Positions 60,390-64,000 of a stretch of 64,000 nucleotides of DNA are shown piece by piece. This DNA comes from Selaginella moellendorffii (lineage: Eukaryota > Plantae > Lycopodiophyta), in NCBI RefSeq assembly GCF_000143415.4, contig NW_003314409.1, positions 186,001 to 250,000 on the forward strand, read 5' to 3'. Position 1 is the first letter of the stretch. Every line of letters starts with the position of its first letter. The position numbers and the translations under genes were made by a program. A model generated the notes under the pieces. That model saw only the letters and a list, made by a program, of their open reading frames with translations, did no database searches and was not told where the DNA came from.

Positions 60390-61752
60390 GGAATAACCAA
60401 GTGAATTGAGCTCCACATATCTGCAAGTTAAAACTATGAGAAACATCAACATGTGACCATGTATATACCTCATCTCGATGTCTCCAGAGACAATCACCAA
60501 GATGCATAATCACTCTCTCGTCCCCATTAGTTTGGTTAGCTGCCATTATAGCCAGGTTTTCCTGCCATTCTTCGAGCATTCCTTCTGCGTCCTGCAAGTC
60601 AACATGCACTCCTTAAGCAAGAGAGTAGCTTGATAAAAGTATTTCACCTGTGTTGCACCATCTACAGCAGACGCTGGAACCGGTTGAGGTTGAAGCGCTG
60701 TTACATTCGACAAATTAGTGTTCCCTACAAACACTCCGGCATGTTGACCAGCATAAAGAAGAGTTAGAGTCCAGAGGGGAAACCCTGGTTGAAACTGACA
60801 TTGAGCCATCTCCGCTATAGTGTCAGTGTAGAACTATTAAAAACCACAAGACCATCACTAACAGTCTATACATCAAAGCTACAAGACAAGGTACCTTCTC
60901 TCCCAGCTGCCGGGCCATAAGAAGAGCACATCCCCAAAGTTGCCCGTCTTGAGCAGCCCGTAAAGCCTCTTTCTGCTTTCCGGCAATCAGTAGCCTTTTC
61001 ACCTCAAATGCAGTTGCCTGTCGCCAGAAAGTCTTCGTTTGTATCAACTCAAGAGAAAAAGACTGCCCAACCTGCATTTGCTGTTCGGTTGGAGTTGTCT
61101 GTAGACAGCGAGAGCCAAAAGCCCATGACTCTACATCGCGCTCCTCCTTTATGTTCTCAAACAAAGCCTCGGCTTCATTCAAATGCCCTTTCCTGGCAAA
61201 TGCTGTGACGAGGACAGTCTGCGCAACGATCGTCTTCACGGGCATCCGATCAAACAAATCCTTGACAGAAGCTATCTTTCCACTGCGGATGCAAAGCGTG
61301 ATCATCACATTCCAAGAGATCTCGTTCTTCTCTGGAGCCAATTCGAAAACCTCTCGCGCTTTATCAAGATGCCCGTTGTCGGCATATGCCGTGACGATCG
61401 AGTTCCACGTCGAGGCATCTCGCCGGAGCATCCCATCGAACGTTCTGCGCGCTCGATTTAGATCTTTCGCCTGTGCGTAGGCCCGGATCGTGATGTTGGA
61501 GGAGAAGAGCTTAGGATTCTCTATGGATTCGAAGATTGCACGGGCGTCATCGACGCTGCCGCATTTGCCATACATCTGGACGAGCAGATTCGCGAGGTAT
61601 TTGTTGCGGCGGTGCTCGCTCTGCGCAATGCGGGCGTGGATTTGCGTCCCCTGTGACAGATCCCGGCAGTTCTTGAGCAGTGCTCCCCAGGAGAGCAAGC
61701 AATCCTCTGAGGTGTCTGTGGAAATCACGAAATTGGGGAAGAGCAATGCCAT
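60390..61752 (-). pseudogene. Chimera: N-terminal PPR motifs fused in frame to internal Sec16 exons; 3' end lost next to the chromovirus
   Basis: PPR up to ERDVESW (~61125), then CLQTTPTEQQMQ | ATAFEVKRLLIAGKQKEALRAAQDGQLWGCAL | FYTDTIAEMA | MLEEWQENLAIMAANQT..HLGDCLW, with GT-AG introns. Confidence 0.75.
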
Positions 61753-62023
61753 AAACTTTGCTGGATCTCACACGCATTCGCGATTCGCGAGGTATTCTTT
61801 GCGAGAATCCGGGCGCGACCTCCACAGCTCTTGAGAATCCTGGACGGAGAAAGAACATTCCAATCTGGAGATCACAGCTAAGAAGAAGAAGATAATCCAT
61901 CTTGCCTTGCAAGAACAAGGACACCCTGGAAGAAGCAAAGATTTTACTCTCTGGTGAGAATTCCTCTACTCCACTACTCCACTGGGCTTATAAGATTGGC
62001 TCTCTCCTCCATTCTCTATAGCA

Positions 62024-63733
62024 ATGAATTTCCATCTCTCTTTCTTGCTCCTCGAGATACTAGTGTTCTTGAGAGCTGTCGCCCTAAATTCGCCCCCACC
62101 GCTCACTCTCCGCCCAATTCCCTCATGGCGCAAGCTCCAGTTCCACTCGCGCCGCCTCTCGATGTTCTTCCACTTCGGCGTCAACACATTCACGGACTCG
62201 GAGCGTGGATCCGGCCACGAATCGCCCTCCATCTTCAACCCGGAGCGATTGAATGCGTCGCAGTGGATGGAAGCGGCCCAATCCGCGGGCGCGCAGCTCG
62301 TGATCCTCACGGTCAAGCACCACGACGGGTTCTGCCTGTGGCCCTCGGCCTACACCAATTTCTCCGTGGCTAGCAGCTCTTGGCGAGGAGGGAAGGGGGA
62401 TGTGGTGGCCGAGTTCGTGGCCGCCGCCAGGGAGCGTGGATTGGACGTGGGCTTTTATCTCTCGCCATGGGATTTGCACGAGAGCTGCTATGGCGACACT
62501 CTTCTCTACAACGAGTTCTACTTGGCTCAGCTCCGAGAGCTTCTTACTGGGTGAGTGAGACATTCTTTGCTTCTTCTTCACGCATTTTTCTTGGTGGCAT
62601 GATCACTGTGTGATATGTTTGCATTTGCTCCAGCCCATCAAACGGTTTTAGCATTAGGAACTCGCGAGCTTGTGGGCTTTTGTAGTTTTCATCTCTAGCA
62701 GCAGATGCCTTGACGCGGCATTTTGTTTTGGCCTGCAGATATGGGCCGATCTCCGAGGTGTGGCTGGATGGTGCGAAATCACCCACTGCAGTGAACATGA
62801 GCTACGATTTTGAGCTCTGGTTTGACACGATTCATCAGCTGCAACCCGGTGCCAACATCTTTTCCGACGCTGGCCCTGACATCCGATGGGTTGGGAACGA
62901 GTATGGCGAGGCCGGACAACCATGCTGGGCGATGGCGAACAGATCTTCCATTACGATAGGCAGGAGCGATGGCCAGTACGTAAATTCCATCCTTGCATGA
63001 AACTTTTGTTCTCGTGAAACTCGATCCAATTCGCAACATCAACAGGTACTTGATGTCTGGAGAGAGTGCTGGAACCGACTGGCTCCCTCCGGAGTGCGAT
63101 ATGTCCATCAGGCCCGGTTGGTTTTGGCACAGGAACGAGGCTCCAAAATCCCTGGAGCAGCTGCTCGACGTTTTCTACAAATCATCCGCCAGGAACTGCT
63201 TGCTCCTGCTCAACGTCCCTCCAAACTCGTCGGGACTGATCGACGAATCCGACTTCCAGACGCTGGAGCGGTTTAGCTCCGCCATAGATTCCATCTTCAG
63301 CGTCAACTTAGCAGCGAATCCCTTGTCCGTGACAGCAAGCAGCGTTCGCAGCTCTTCGTTCGGGCCGAAGCAAATCCTTGACGAGCGTATGGAAACTTTC
63401 TGGGCTCCAATGCAAGGGGAGTCGACTGGCTGGATCGAGCTTGATCTTGGCAAGGTCTCAAAGTTCAACGCACTGGAGATCCGAGAGCCAGTAAACATGG
63501 GACAAAGGGTAAAGGAATATCATGTCGAGGCATGGGACAGCGAGCTGGGCTGGTACCTGGTGAGCAACGGTAGCACCATTGGTTACAGGAAAGTGGATCG
63601 ACTGGAAGAGGATCAAGAATGTGCTGCTCGGCTCGTTCGACTGCTGATTGACGCGTCGCGGGGAGATCCATTGATCTGCTTCTTTGGTTTGTACTTCGAT
63701 ATGTACAACCTCAGGCACTTGTCTTCTATTTAG
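62024..63733 (+). CDS. FUC1: Alpha-L-fucosidase, GH29 (exons 62024-62550, 62739-62975, 63046-63733)
   Basis: Signal peptide, MFFHFGVNTF, KHHDGFCLWPS, EVWLDGA nucleophile motif, ECDMSIRPGWFW, C-terminal F5/8-like domain. Confidence 0.93.
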
Positions 63734-64000
63734 AAGAGAAACTACAAGAGGATATGTATATTTCTTTTCAGGTATGAGAAACATAGCTTTGGGTTGGAAA
63801 TCCCTGGCCTGATCAATAACAGTCTCTTTGCATCACTCCTAACAGATTGGAGCCTAGAGAACAACCAAAGAAAATCAAGAGCTAGCCCTCTACCCTTTGA
63901 GCTCGTGGAAAGTACCCTTGCATGGAGGTGGCAGCTGGTTAAACTTGAGAAGTTAGCTTGTCTGGAGGACCTCCTGTTGCTCCTGCTTCCTTGCCACAAA

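Overview
Plant nuclear DNA. The ~50-nt introns, tiny intergenic gaps and many short-motif PLS-class PPR genes point to the lycophyte Selaginella (inference). 1-13.6 kb is gene-dense: two tail-overlapping PPR-E genes, tubulin cofactor A, CPP1, SLT1, chloroplast FBPase, ENH1, a PsbP-domain protein, a possible unannotated small multi-exon gene and an RRA arabinosyltransferase. 13.6-60.3 kb is rearranged and TE-rich. It holds deletion-riddled inverted copies of the RRA and PPR genes, an intact PPR gene, two copies of an unknown secreted protein ending in a GNA/bulb-lectin domain, LINE and Ty3 relics, a 5S rRNA fragment and a decayed chromovirus. It also holds a young, intact, non-coding LTR element (31194-38842, TSD CTTGC). 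The window ends with a PPR::Sec16 chimera head-to-head with a GH29 alpha-L-fucosidase. The most striking signal is that almost the whole 7.6-kb LTR element reads as a near-continuous chain of short stem-loops, with compensatory changes between duplicated modules. A second LTR family in the window shows the same architecture. All pairings and alignments were made by eye.
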